Assembly: GCF_006345805.1 (NCBI RefSeq)
Contig: NC_042998.1
Span: forward strand, 115,816,001 to 115,880,000
DNA length: 64,000 nucleotides
Direction: 5' to 3'
Source: Octopus sinensis
Taxonomy: Eukaryota
Position 1 is the first letter of the stretch. Each line of letters opens with the position of its first letter. The notes below the pieces were generated by a model. It saw nothing but the letters and a program-made list of their open reading frames with translations. It was not told the origin of the DNA and ran no database searches. Made by a program: the position numbers and the translations under genes. Of this stretch, positions 13,100 through 26,134 are shown in pieces.

Positions 13100-13630
13100 T
13101 TAGAAAATCCCTCTGTAAGGGAATACATTCATAAACACCAACTCAAGGAATACTGGTGGAATATTCCCATCAAAACCTCTGTTAAATGTAAGCATAACTG
13201 GCCGGATATTGTTGCTTGGGACAGAGGGGCAAAGGTATGTGTCGTCATAGAGGTTAACTGCCCTGCAGATATAAATATCTCTTTAAAAATCAAAGAGAAA
13301 GAGGATATCTATGGACAACTACTTCGAAACCTCCCGCATCTACATCCAGACTATGAATTCATATTCATACCAATAATAATTGGAGCACTAGGTTTTGTTA
13401 GTAAATGGTTAAAGGAGAATCTGGATACACTGGGATTTTCAGAAAGAGAAGTCGACCGGTTAATTCGTACATTACAAATGCAATCTGTGAGTGGAACAGT
13501 AAAAATATGCAAGACTTGTCTCAAGTTACAAATGTGAATTTGTCTGTGTTAACTACATCCCAAAGATGGAGCCTGGTGTCTTTCTTGGAAACCGACTCCC
13601 TCCTCAGTGGAAGATTTATAATAATTAAAA
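13100..13630 (+). mobile_element. 5'-truncated R2/R4(Dong)-like LINE: restriction-like endonuclease C-terminus plus 3' UTR
   Basis: EYWWNIPIKTSVKCKHNWPDIVAWDRGAKVCVVIEVNCPADINISLKIKEKEDIYGQL...IPIIIGALG...GTVKICK matches the PD-(D/E)xK RLE domain at the C-terminus of RLE LINEs. The frame is open to stop 13537. Confidence 0.85.
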
Positions 13631-14496
13631 AATAGAAGAGACATACATATGTATAACATTAGTCGTCCGTACGTAAAACTATAACATCTTCATGTTAACT
13701 TTGTTTTTTTTGCAAAATAGTTTAAGCTGTTTGCAAGTCTTCACTGAAAGCCTTTTATTTTAGAGATTAACTTTTCGGTGAATTATCTTCACTACGGCTG
13801 GTGGGCACCATCTACCCTTGACTACATTGCATGGCCGTTGACAGTCCCGTGTTCCTCTGTCCTTTGCCGGATCATGTTTTTCATCTAACACGGTGTCCAA
13901 AATCCAGCCTCATCACCCAAGAAGCTTGGTGAAGTTTAGTGGCCAATGATCCGACCATGCGACATGCTGTACTTCAAATTGTTCGACCCACTTAACTACT
14001 TTCTCAGTCAATTATTGTTGAAGTTTAAGTACCCGACAAATACATTTTCCTATTATGTAATTCACTGGCGCCAGACCGGCAAAGTTTGTGCGTTTGTAAG
14101 TGTGTATGTATGAATATATGTGAGTATTTGTATGTATGAGTGTGTGTGCGCGTGTGTGTGCGCGTGTAACAAGAAAATAAGGACCAAGAACAACAAGAAG
14201 TTTGCAGATACATTCAATTGCATGGGTTCCCACATTTTGGAGCCATGTGTGATAATGCTGACAGAAACTTTCTCAAATCACTGCGCAGTTGTTTTGAACT
14301 CGGTACGCTATTCTCTATAACTTTATAGTCTCTTTGTCTGTTACATACATACGCATATACAGATAATTGCTCGTTTATACATGTATAAACACACGCACAA
14401 ATACATGCATAAATGTAACTGTATAGTTGTATATGTATATATAGTGTACATTATATGTATAAACACACACATATATATATTTACATATATATATAT

Positions 14497-14544
<48 letters not shown>

Positions 14545-15296
14545 GTGTGTGTGTCTACGTATATGTATATATATATATAATTGGTAGGTTTTGTGCATCT
14601 GCTTGTGAAAGAGAAAAGGTATACTACTTCTCTGACACGCACGCACGCGCACACACACACACTCACATACTCACACACGTAAACACAATTATATATATAT
14701 ATATATATTCGTTTGATTATGCATTTCGAATCTATATTCCGTGTATATTTAAATGTGTTAATAGCTTCAGCACATGTGCACATATTATGCTTGCTACTCC
14801 CCATATGCCTACCTATAGCACTTTCAGTGGGAGTACTTTGGCATCGTCTTACGCACATATTTCCCCTCAATACGTTTATGAGACTGTATGCGTTTATATG
14901 TGTTTGAGTATGTATTACATGTATGTCTGCATACATATGTACAAAAATGTATCGATTTATATATATTTGTGAATGCATAGGTATCAATGTTTTATTCTTT
15001 TGTATTTGGATAAAGCATTCCAGATTTTACGTAGACAAGTCTTTAGACACAGTGTCTGGAATATAATTCCTGGAAGTTTGGATGGTTTACAAATTACGTT
15101 TCAACTAAACTGTTGCGATTCAATTAGTCTACAGGTAATGTTTATAATTTAAAACAATTGTAATTGTATATACTCTCAACCTACTTTGTTAAATTTCTCT
15201 GTGTATCTCTGAGTGTAGTGAATATGAGACTATAAGAGGCACACATCTCATATATACTCATACATACATACATACATACATACACACGTATATATA

Positions 15297-15342
<46 letters not shown>

Positions 15343-15382
15343 TATATATAATGTATATATAATGTGTGTATATATATGTATG

Positions 15383-15426
<44 letters not shown>

Positions 15427-16249
15427 GTGTATATAAGTGTGTATGTATATGTATGTATATACACACACACATACACACACACACATATATATATATATTA
15501 TATATATATATAATATATATATATATATAATGTGTGTATATATATGTATGTATATACACACACACACACATATATATATATAGTGTATATAAGTGTGTAT
15601 GTATGAATATGTGTAAGCGTGCGTGTTTATGTGTGTGCGTGAGTAACAAGAAAATAAGCACCGTGAACAACAAAGACTAACAAGAGTGAAGACAAGCAGT
15701 GTGGAAGAAGGAAGATGTGAAAACATGCATCCTAGGGAGGAATGAAAGGAAGCAAAATTTCATACCTTGTGTCTCCATATATATTTGTGTGAATAATGCT
15801 TACTATTACTTTATTAATTATATATATTTTTTTCGTCTAAATTCAGCTCACGAGTTAAGAGTATATGTGTTTTAAACAAACATATGCATATATATGTATA
15901 TATAAATGGCGGTGCCCCAGCATGACCACAGCTCGTGAGCTGAATTTAGAAGAAAAATATATATATATAATTAATAAAGAAAAAAAACAAGAAAAAAGCA
16001 ACAACGTGAAGACGCGGTACATGTAAAGTATTAATAAGACGCTCAGAGAAGGAAAGAAAGAGTGGTCGTTTTACTTTTCGAGCAAAGCTCCTCTTCGGAA
16101 ATAGAAGACATAGGAAAGTCGAAAAGAAAAGGAAGTAGGAAAAGAATCGTGAACAGTCCACGTGTAGTTACATTTTGAAATCACCAGAAGTAGATGGTCA
16201 GGCGAGTGTGAAGTATGGTTGGCATCTGTTTCTATGTGGCATGTTCTTT

Positions 16250-16447
16250 TATTCTTTTATTTGTTTCACTCATTTGACTGCGGTAATCCTGGAGCACCGC
16301 CTTTAGTCGAGCAAATGGAACCCAGTACTTATTCTTTGTAAGCCTAATACTTCTACGAGCCTTTTTTGCCGAACTGCTAAGATACGGGGAGGTAAACACA
16401 TCAGTTATCAAGCGATATCAAGGAAGACAAACACAGACACAGACACA

Positions 16448-16514
<67 letters not shown>

Positions 16515-16678
16515 ACGATGGACTTCTTTCAGTTTCCGTCTACCAAATCCAGCCAGAAGGATTTTGTCGGCCTGAGGCTATAGCTGTTGACACTTGACCA
16601 AGGTGCCATGGAGTGGGACTGAAAACGGGACCATGTGGTTAGTAAGCAAGCTACTTACAACAGAGCGACTCCTGCACC
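16250..16678 (-). mobile_element. tRNA-derived SINE family A (head + CORE-like CCTTGGGCAAG + internal microsatellite + tail)
   Basis: Reverse complement of the element at 18054-18425, with an internal (CA)n tract. Confidence 0.85.
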
Positions 16679-17322
16679 TATATTTATATATATATATATA
16701 TCGCATAATCATATAGAAGATATAATTTTGATTGTACAAACGCACATGTATATACACACATACATAATGCATACATACATATATACATACATACATACAT
16801 ACATACATACATACATACATACATAATACATACATACATACATACATACATACACACATACTTTCATACAAACTTTCATACATACTTTCACACATATTGT
16901 TATCTTTAGCTTCTGTACCCAGACTATAATTTTGCAAACTCGATTGGAAAAGAACGTCTCGAGAGACGCCTTGGTAACCATATTGTCTCTTCATCGCCGA
17001 GTCTACAAGTACATGTTAAAAGTGATTGTACATAACTACATTCCATCAAACGCTGCTAAATGCACATTTGAAAAGAATTTTGCATCTCGACAAATGTACG
17101 ATTTGCTATCTGTTATAAGAGCAACCAGCTCTTAGTGGATATGAGAGACAGCTCTCGGTATATACACACTGAATGCTATTTATAACCGAAAGAACTGAAC
17201 CCATGATTTACACATCGAATGAAAGACACTGAGTCTGTTTTACCATTCAATGCAGTTAACCATAACTTGGATTATGCTAGAGTGCATAAACGGTACACGC
17301 CTATATATATGTATATATTATC

Positions 17323-17407
<85 letters not shown>

Positions 17408-17465
17408 TTTTCTATCTACCTTTCTGTCTCTTTCAGTCTCGCTTGCCCTCTCACTCTTTATATAT

Positions 17466-17513
<48 letters not shown>

Positions 17514-17688
17514 AAAAGTTAATCGTCGCATGAAAGTGGCTGTTCCATGTTACTACTAGTTTAACCCCAGGCAGATCTTCTGTCAGCTGGCTTTTGGTGC
17601 AGTGCTGCACCCTACATATTGCTAGCAAGCGGAGCATCCTCCAGCAGACAACGGTATTCTGGTTATTGCTCTGGCGGGCAGGTACTCA

Positions 17689-17731
17689 CGACTGAGGATG
17701 AGCCAACCAGCTCGAAACTGAGTCAGTCTCG
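17689..17731 (+). ncRNA. Minimal type-I hammerhead ribozyme candidate
   Basis: CGA-CUGAGGA-U-GAGC(caacca)GCUC-GAAA-CUGAGUCAG-UC|UCG. It has a CUGANGA core, one extra nt, a 4-bp stem II, GAAA, a palindromic stem III, a GUC triplet and a 3-bp stem I. Confidence 0.65.
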
Positions 17732-17833
17732 CAATCCTTCTGGCACCTGGCAATATATAACTTGTTAGTGTAGTTATTACTCTGATCTCTTATTGAGATT
17801 TTGCATTGACTATAGATATTTAGTTATTTGATT

Positions 17834-17871
<38 letters not shown>

Positions 17872-18053
17872 TATATAATATATATATATATACAATATGG
17901 AATCGGTTTATCGATTTTTTTATCCTGATTAAATGGAAACCCCCATAAGTAATCAGTTTATTGATTTTTCACCCCAAATAGGAATTAACCGAACATTGCT
18001 GATTCAAAAACATCTATATTTATACTTTAAAGTTGGTTTTCATACCCAACCCG

Positions 18054-18425
18054 CAGGAGTGGCTGTGCGGTAAGTAGCTTGTTTACCAACTACATGGTTC
18101 CGGGTTCAGTCCCACTGCGTGGCACCTTGGGCAAGTATCTTCTACTATAGCCTCGGGCCGACCAAAGCCTTGTGAATGGATTTGGTAGACGGAAACTGAA
18201 AGAAACCCGTCGTATATATGTATATATATGCGTGTGTGTGTCTGTGTTTGTCCCCCTAGCATTGCTTGCCAACCGATGCAGGTGTGTTTATGTCCCCGTT
18301 ACCTGGCGGTTCGGCAAAAGAGAACGATAGAATAAGTACTGGGCTTACAAAAGAATAAGTCCCGGGGTCGAGTTGCTCGATTAAAGGCGGTGCTCCAGCA
18401 TGGCCACAATCAAATGACTGAAACC
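18054..18425 (+). mobile_element. SINE family A, full copy
   Basis: GGAGTGGCTGTGCGGTAAG (A-box-like), GGTTCAGTCCC (B-box-like), CACCTTGGGCAAG, a short TA/TG tract, then tail ...GGCGGTGCTCCAGCATGGCC...GACTGAAAC. Confidence 0.88.
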
Positions 18426-18661
18426 CAGTTCTGCAGAATCAGTGTCGCGACGGGAGCGCATTGGTTGGGAGTTTGATCGGCAGAGGTGGTCAGGTTGCAT
18501 ATGCCAACCCTTTTGAAAACACCACCCCCATCATGTAACCCCACTTTGCCCGTAGGTTGAGAACCCTTCCAGCAAGGAAAATAGAACGCCCAAAAGGGCC
18601 CCCGATCCTCTGTGTGAGAAGCGTTATGTTCAGATCACAACTAAATATATATATATATGAG

Positions 18662-18707
<46 letters not shown>

Positions 18708-18889
18708 GTACATACACCTAATGCATACATGTCTTTGCACGCCTTTGCTCCTGCCACTGTCCCACTACCACCTCCTACCCGAGTAATACCATCAATTAAA
18801 GCAAATTTGACACCCGGAAGTAAGTTTTGTAACAGGAATAGAGAAGCCTAACTTTTCGAAGCATTGTTTACAAAATAATAGCTGATCGT

Positions 18890-19050
18890 TTGCGAAGAAG
18901 CGTGTCTACAGTCAACACGTAGGTCTTTTGCTCTGGTAACCTCTGCTCTCTCCCATGTTCACGCACGATCAGCTATATATCGCTATGAGTAGAGCAACGG
19001 ATTCAGCTAATTTGGAAATTAGTTGTGGAGAAACGGAGAATGTCGTTTAT
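18890..19050 (+). mobile_element. Helitron Pif1-helicase C-terminal remnant
   Basis: HVGLLLW*PLLSPMFTHDQLYIAMSRATDSANLEI...TENVVY resembles the Helitron motif VGL..PVFSHGQLYVA.SR...T.N.VY. Confidence 0.75.
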
Positions 19051-19052
19051 AT

Positions 19053-19086
<34 letters not shown>

Positions 19087-19555
19087 CGCTCAACACACAC
19101 ACACACATTGCATACATGTGTTTTGTACGCATACATGCTCGTGTGTGTGTGTATATGTGCGTGACTGAAGCCATTCACACACATACATACATACATACAT
19201 ACATAACAACACATGTCTGTCGGTTTTTGCCTGTCCATCACTCAGTAAAAAGACGAAATTTAAAAAATCTGTCATCTCTCTCTCCCCTAAGGAGGGGACT
19301 TAACTCATGTTTCGTTTGTAAACAATGGCGGATTTCTCCGCCGTACAAATTGTTAGCAGTTATGGCTCAAAATTATTTACCGCTATTCGCTGGTACCTCG
19401 GGGGAAAATAATTTGACGAAAATACAGCTAGGGTCGTGATGAATGTCCACCTAAAATTTGAGCTACATGCGTGCTAATTTGTGGATGTGCATAAACTACA
19501 TTCACGTACCCGCCCCACAAATTTCTGCCTTACATATATATAGATATATATATAT

Positions 19556-19603
<48 letters not shown>

Positions 19604-19647
19604 TATACATATATAATATATGATATATATATATAATATATATATAT

Positions 19648-19890
19648 ACTACAAGACAAACCCGGCCTTGCTCGGGATTAAAATACTTTATTATTGTTTT
19701 ACTTGTTTCGGTATTATAACCTGGTTTCATTCGGGTCTACGCGGGCCACATTTGAAAAAGATGAAGAATGTTGCTCTGGAGGCTACGCGTTTCAAATGAG
19801 TAAACTCAAAACTGCTATGTAAACTCGCCAGTACTTTTAACATAGGTGTGCAAATTTTCAGCTCAATCCGACTACATATGCACACATTAT
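19648..19890. mobile_element. Short non-autonomous Helitron-like element
   Basis: Terminus ACTACAAGACAAACCCGGCCTTGCTCGGG resembles that at 25756, and internal CAAATTTTCAGCTCAATCCG is typical of these elements. Confidence 0.45.
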
Positions 19891-19942
19891 ATATATACAT
19901 ATGCATTAAATATATACGCATTATGTATACATATGTATACAC

Positions 19943-19975
<33 letters not shown>

Positions 19976-20015
19976 TATGTATATATATAAATCATATATA
20001 TATATATACATATGT

Positions 20016-20054
<39 letters not shown>

Positions 20055-20277
20055 AATTAATTTAATAACTATCTGATTAATAATATATGTTATCATTATT
20101 ATGCTGTGGTGGTGGGCGATAATAATTCACCGTTGTAAAAGCCCTGTAGCGGGAATATTTAAACTTCAAGAGAGTGAAATATATTTCGATACAATATAAT
20201 TATTTACTATTTTATTCCTCTCCATTAATCACACTTGCGGCTGTCAATGCTTACTCTCTATACATACAGAAAGACGT

Positions 20278-20314
<37 letters not shown>

Positions 20315-20744
20315 CTGGGGGAAAAGAGCGACAGAGAGACAGCGAATACGGCGAGGGAAAGAGAGTGAGTTGAAGCTTTAAGAAGCCGTTATAGAGATAA
20401 AGAGGAGGGAAGGGGAAAAGAGAGAGATGTTAGTAGAAAGGGTGATAAACATAAGAGACAAACAACAAACACTTGTCATAGTCCATTTAAAGACGATAAA
20501 TTTTCACTCTTTTTGCCATAGCAACCACATCTTTATAGCTTGCGAATTTTAACCATCGCGGGTCACATCCTCACCAGGCATTTAGTATCCCTGCCAATTT
20601 TCAGCTCGATCCTAGCCTCGGTTGGCCCCCATTAACCGTCAAAAGCAAAACGTGCATATAATTTTCGTCCAAGGACTGTTTATAGATACAGATACTATAT
20701 ATATATATATATAGATATAATATATATATATACTATATATATAT

Positions 20745-20799
<55 letters not shown>

Positions 20800-22839
20800 C
20801 TGTGTTTGTCCCCCTAGCATTGCTTGACAACCGATGCTGGTGTGTTTATGCCCCCGTTACTTAGTGGTTCGGCAAAAGAGACCGATAGAATAAGTCCTGG
20901 GCTTACAAAAGAATAAGTCCCTCGGTTCAAATTGCTCGATTAACGGTGGTGCTCCAGCATGGCCGCAGTCAAATGACTGAAACAAGTAAAAGTGTAAAAG
21001 AGTATATGTAATATATGTAATATATATATTATATATATATACATATAATATATATGCCATTTAACGTATATATATATATGTGTATATGTGTGTGTGTGTG
21101 TGTGTATTTATGAATATATTTACATATGTATATGTATAAATATTCAGCACATCGGCCGTCAAAGACATACTTCCAAGCCACCATTCTTAAGATACTGGTA
21201 AAATATATATTTAGAACCTCAAAATACTCTCAAAGCAACAAACTAGGCATAAGTATTGAACATAACCCATTTTAATTAATGAAACTTTAAATAGTTATCT
21301 GTTAATGCAATACGTTCTTCATGTGTCTAAAAAGATCACAACATTTCTGTTTCAAAATCAAGCTACATTCACTTAAATTAGAGTGTAAATTTATGTACTT
21401 GTGCAAAACAATGTAGCCCGATAAAAGCAATCATTTAACACACGAAACAGTGCTATGAAACTCCTTAACAAGATAGCCCAAAACCTGACACATATGAGAC
21501 TAGAATGATCACTGTTTTTTTCGTTTTTGAGTGCATGTAAATGAATCCTGTTGCTTTTTGTGCCTGATAACAATACTTTTAGTTTGGTCTGGTGGAAACT
21601 ATGATTCACTGATGATATCTAGATAATAAAGCCGAAAGATGTTCAAATATTAGATATGTTCATATCGTTACCATCACTAAAACCCGATTTCCGGCCTTAC
21701 CTATGACTAAATTCGTTGTAGACAAACCGCTACGAATGTTTAAATTTGGATCTGCTGTATTTGCCAATCCTGGGTAGATTTAAACTACTGGATATAAATA
21801 CCACCCGAGTGCTGTCCATCTACAATCATTTGGAAGCGGTCCATTATTATTTATCTTAAAGCCTCCTGAAAGAGACTAAACTGGCCCTGCTAAGACCATT
21901 TCTCTCCTAAAGTGTTTAAGTCACTTTCATCCCACGTAGCATCTAGTTGGCATCAACAATTAAACTCATTTGAACTCAGAACGTTAATTATTTTAACTAA
22001 ATAAAGTGAGAAATATTTTCCATTGTCTTAATACCGATTCTGACTTATATTTCCTTGGTCTTACACTTGCAGTGTATCCTTATGTGCTAAGAACAATTAT
22101 TCTGTATCTCTGTGTGTCTGTCTTTCAGAATCGGTTGACCTGTGTCTGGTTAATGTCATAAATAAGCCAGGCAACCATGAACCCGGTTAGAAAATAAGCG
22201 GTTGTGCTACGCACGAGCAATCTCTTTCTCATAGAAGCTAGATTTCTACAAATCTTGGAAACAAAATAATAATAAAATGAAATAAAGGAAAAAAACAGCA
22301 GACATGGCAGGGGTGGCCTAACCGATGTGCAGCAGAGCACGGGAGCGAATAATGACAACAGATTCTTACTGCGAGAAACAAGCAGATATTATTGTGTATA
22401 TGGCAACGTGTGATTATTTGTGTGTGGGTACACGCGTGCTTTTATTTTTTTAATGAACCTGACAGTCAATGTATGTATCATCATGTCTGCATGTATATTC
22501 GTGTCTGCAATATTTGTCAGTGGGTCGCCTCGTTGGTGCTGTTTGTAATTTTCTTTAGTAACAATGTATTCTACTATGTAAATGTTCATACTGCACAATA
22601 ACTGATTCAGCAATAACATCCAAGCTGCTCGACTCAGATATGTTTGTGTGTCAAGAACAACGCCATAATTATCATGTGTTTCATACATAACAGACATTTG
22701 AAATAAAGAAAAAAGACGACTTCCAGACAAAAAAAAAAAGACAGCTGTTATTGACCCTAAACCATACAGTAGTTGTTTGTTTCATGTAAGCATACTGAGT
22801 ATACATACATGCATATATATATATATATATATGTATATG

Positions 22840-22886
<47 letters not shown>

Positions 22887-24118
22887 CACGATACTTACAT
22901 ACGTGGATATAGACACAATGCGTACTAACATTTACACATGCCCGTACATATAGCTACATATATTTCATATAGTTGTATGTATGTGCGTATGCATACACAT
23001 ATGCATACAGACACACACACACGCACGCACACACACACACACACACCACACACACACATATATATTTATACATACATATATAATATATAAATATGTATAT
23101 GCATATATAAATGTGTCTGTGTATGTATGTATATCTGTATGTATGCATATATGTACATATGTGTTTATGCATATATGTTTGTGCGTGTAATGCATAGATG
23201 CGTACGAACCTAGTCTGTACAATTATGGCTTATGTAAAAATGGCATTAAATGAACGGAAGTACACAAAAGGTAGCAGGGGTTACAAACTTAGTTCAATGT
23301 GAATTATTAAAGAAATAGGAAAAATAGATTGAAACATACAAGATAACGAAATATGGAACTTTAATTTGTTACCTCACCGAACATCCAACTGTTTCGATGA
23401 GTGACGAAACACTTTACTTCAGTCGTTCTGGCTCTACATATAGAACGTTGCTGACTCGGCGCTGACCTATTTCAGACATTTCGTTCCCGCGTTATTTTGG
23501 CGTTATGAAAATTTTGTTTTTGCTTTAGTTGAAACAAACTTGTAATTACTACTAAATTATAAGACAATTAAACTTTTGTTGATTTTCTTTTACACTAAGG
23601 TATATGAGAGCTGGTGAAATATTGACAAAGCACGTTATTCACATGGGATTTCTATGCATTATTTTTTTACAAAGTAAAAACGACAATGAATCGAAATTTT
23701 GGCACTGTGAGTAGAAAAATCGGAGATAGATAGAAAGGGAGAGATTGAGTGAGAGAAAGAGAGATATAGTGAGAAAGAGAAACATGAAGATGTATCAAAT
23801 GAACTCTAATGCTACAAATCTCTCTCTCTACCCCATCTCTCCCTCTCTCTCTTTCCTTCCTATCTTTATTTGTTTGTGTGTGTGTGTGTTGGGGGGGGGG
23901 GGTCAGTGTGTGTTTACTTGATGTCTGTAAAGAAGAACGTATTGTAGCAGTCAGGGTGATTTAAAACATTTTAATGTTACTCTTGTTTTCTTTCTGTCTA
24001 TCCGACTGTCTGTCTGTCTCTTTATAAGAAGAAGGAAAGCGTTTATATGAATAGGTTTCAATAAATACATTGTAATATTTTTCTCCCTGCCTGCCTATTT
24101 GTCTGTCTGTCTGCCCCC

Positions 24119-24154
<36 letters not shown>

Positions 24155-24566
24155 TACACACACATACACACAATCTCACAGGCTCTCGGATCTTTTCAAT
24201 CTCAGTTACAGATATTTAAATTCTTTTTAAATAAACAGTTTGAAACATCGGATACTGGTTGAATTTGTCACGTAGAATACGGTTTACTCTTAACGTATTT
24301 GACAACATTTTGTATTTTAGAAGTCATTTCGTTTTAAAGTTGTATTTGGATAATTTTAACCAATCAATGACGTGTATTCAGCTGAAGAAAGTTACTGCTG
24401 TTTGTGAAAGTAATGGAAGAGCAACAACTTCCGAGTCATCGGGTCATGAAAGAGAAAGGGAGAGAGAAAGAGAGAGCTGGAACAAAAATATAAAAGATAA
24501 GAAAGGTGGGTGAGGAAAACAGGTGTTTTATGTGTTGTATTACTCTTGTGTTGTATTGCTCTTGAC

Positions 24567-24998
24567 TGCGGCCTATATGACATGAGGACAGTATTCAAGA
24601 GTAATACAACACTTCGCAAATATCTCCTTCGGGTAAAACCACAAATAGAAGAGAATATGACCAAAGACTGCGTGTACTCCATCCCATGCAGCTGTGTTAG
24701 GTTATACAAAGGCGAAACATGCCGCCCCTTCAAAATAAGGGTAGATGAACATCGCAAAGCTGTGATACGATGAGATATTGATAAATCGGGTATAGCTGAT
24801 CATGTATGGAAAAATGGAGACCACCTCCCACTGTGGGATGTTAAAATAACAGACAGAGAACACCACTGGAAAATACGAAAACTAAAAGAAGCAGCACATA
24901 TGCTAGGATACAACAACCTCCTAAGCTGACCGAGTGCAGACATGAGCAGCATATGGGAACCAGTATCCAGAAAGGATAGAAAAATATTAGATTTATAA
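24567..24998 (+). mobile_element. Penelope-like element, GIY-YIG endonuclease remnant
   Basis: One frame: RTVFKSNTTLRKYLLRVK...CVYSIPCSCVRLYKGETCRPFKIRVDEHRKAVIR*DIDKSGIADHVW...WDVKITDREHHWKIRKLKEAAHM, with two in-frame TGA. Confidence 0.9.
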
Positions 24999-25112
24999 GT
25001 CCTAAAATTCACTCCATAATTACCCACGGGCAGTGGTTAAGAACGTGGGCTACTAACCACAAGATTCCGAGTTCGATTCCAAGCAGAGACATGAACAATA
25101 CTACTACTACTA

Positions 25113-25169
<57 letters not shown>

Positions 25170-25264
25170 ACTTACTAAATAATAACAATAATAACAATAA
25201 CAATAATAATAACTACATCGAAAAATACCTTAGCAATGAGAACCCAGGTTTGAAATTTCCCCAA

Positions 25265-25312
25265 GACACCTGAAGACGGCTGGAGGGTATATCAGCCGAA
25301 ACATTGTGTTAA
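25265..25312 (+). ncRNA. Degenerate Penelope-associated minimal hammerhead
   Basis: GACAC-CUGAAGA-C-GGCUG...CAGCC-GAAA-C-AUU|GUGUU. Stem I (GACAC/GUGUU) and stem II are intact. Stem III reads AACAUU where the palindrome AACGUU would be expected. Confidence 0.55.
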
Positions 25313-25429
25313 CAACAAACAAGATGAGGACAAATATCCGTCGAATGTGAATAATGTAAATTATGTACATAATTCCTCATCTCTGAAACATAGAACTGTA
25401 TATATATGTATATATATATTATATATAAA

Positions 25430-25488
<59 letters not shown>

Positions 25489-25565
25489 CTTTATTTTAAG
25501 CAGCAGAAAATTCAACAAAATCTGTTACTCTGAGTTTCTCGTTGCCGTTCATCAGACAGTTTTTG

Positions 25566-25568
<3 letters not shown>
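25489..25568 (-). repeat. Single arm of the 34288-34445 palindrome, carrying a hammerhead-like motif at 25522-25559 (minus)
   Basis: 80 bp matching 34288-34367 with one mismatch; it ends at the palindrome centre GCTA and runs into (TA)n. Confidence 0.9.
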
Positions 25569-25608
<40 letters not shown>

Positions 25609-25755
25609 TATAATATATGTATATATACATTTATATATGTATATACACATTTATATATATATGTATATATATGTATATATATATGTGTATATATATATGT
25701 ATACATATATATATATGTCTATATATATATATATTATATATATATATATATATAT

Positions 25756-26134
25756 ACTAGCAGTATCGCCCGGCGTTGCTCAGGTTTGTAAGGGAAATAA
25801 CTATAAAGCATTTTTAGAGAGTTATAGCCAAAAAATAGCAAAAAAAATGGGAAAAAATTATGGTAAATTTTTTTTTTAGTTAAAAAAGGTGGAGTTGCGT
25901 CCCCTAGACAGTTTGTGTTTCTGATTCTGGACCCCATGTCGAATTTATCGATTTTTTTCAGAACTGGGGGAACTTTTCAAAATTTTCGCTGCGTTAGTTT
26001 TGAATTATGACATTGGGCTATGTGTGTGTCAAGTTTCATCAGAATCGGTTGAAAGCCGTGGTCAGGGTGAAGGTACAAGCAAACAGACACACAGAAACAC
26101 GCACAGACAAACTGCCGTTTATATAGAGAGAGAT
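25756..26134 (-). mobile_element. Non-autonomous Helitron-like element (Lep1-type architecture)
   Basis: On the minus strand it starts TC(TC)TATATAAAC followed by a GTCT/GT microsatellite, and ends with a GC-rich hairpin-like GCAACGCCGGGCG and CTAG|T. Confidence 0.7.

Noticed and set aside
13800-14010. Possible transposase HTH fragment (VVKWVEQFE) on the minus strand
   Set aside because: Too short and degenerate to assign.
14090-15680. Similar GTAACAAGAAAATAAG-containing segments at ~14165 and ~15643, and a duplicated compound microsatellite at 15290-15600
   Set aside because: They are consistent with ordinary local slippage or duplication next to microsatellites, with no further structure.
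18054-18130. tRNA genes at SINE heads (also 25020-25085)
   Set aside because: A- and B-box-like motifs are present but no complete cloverleaf, and they continue into SINE bodies.
23385-23425. Hammerhead-like motif on the minus strand
   Set aside because: The core reads CUGAAGUA rather than CUGANGA and stem II is broken; at most a relic.
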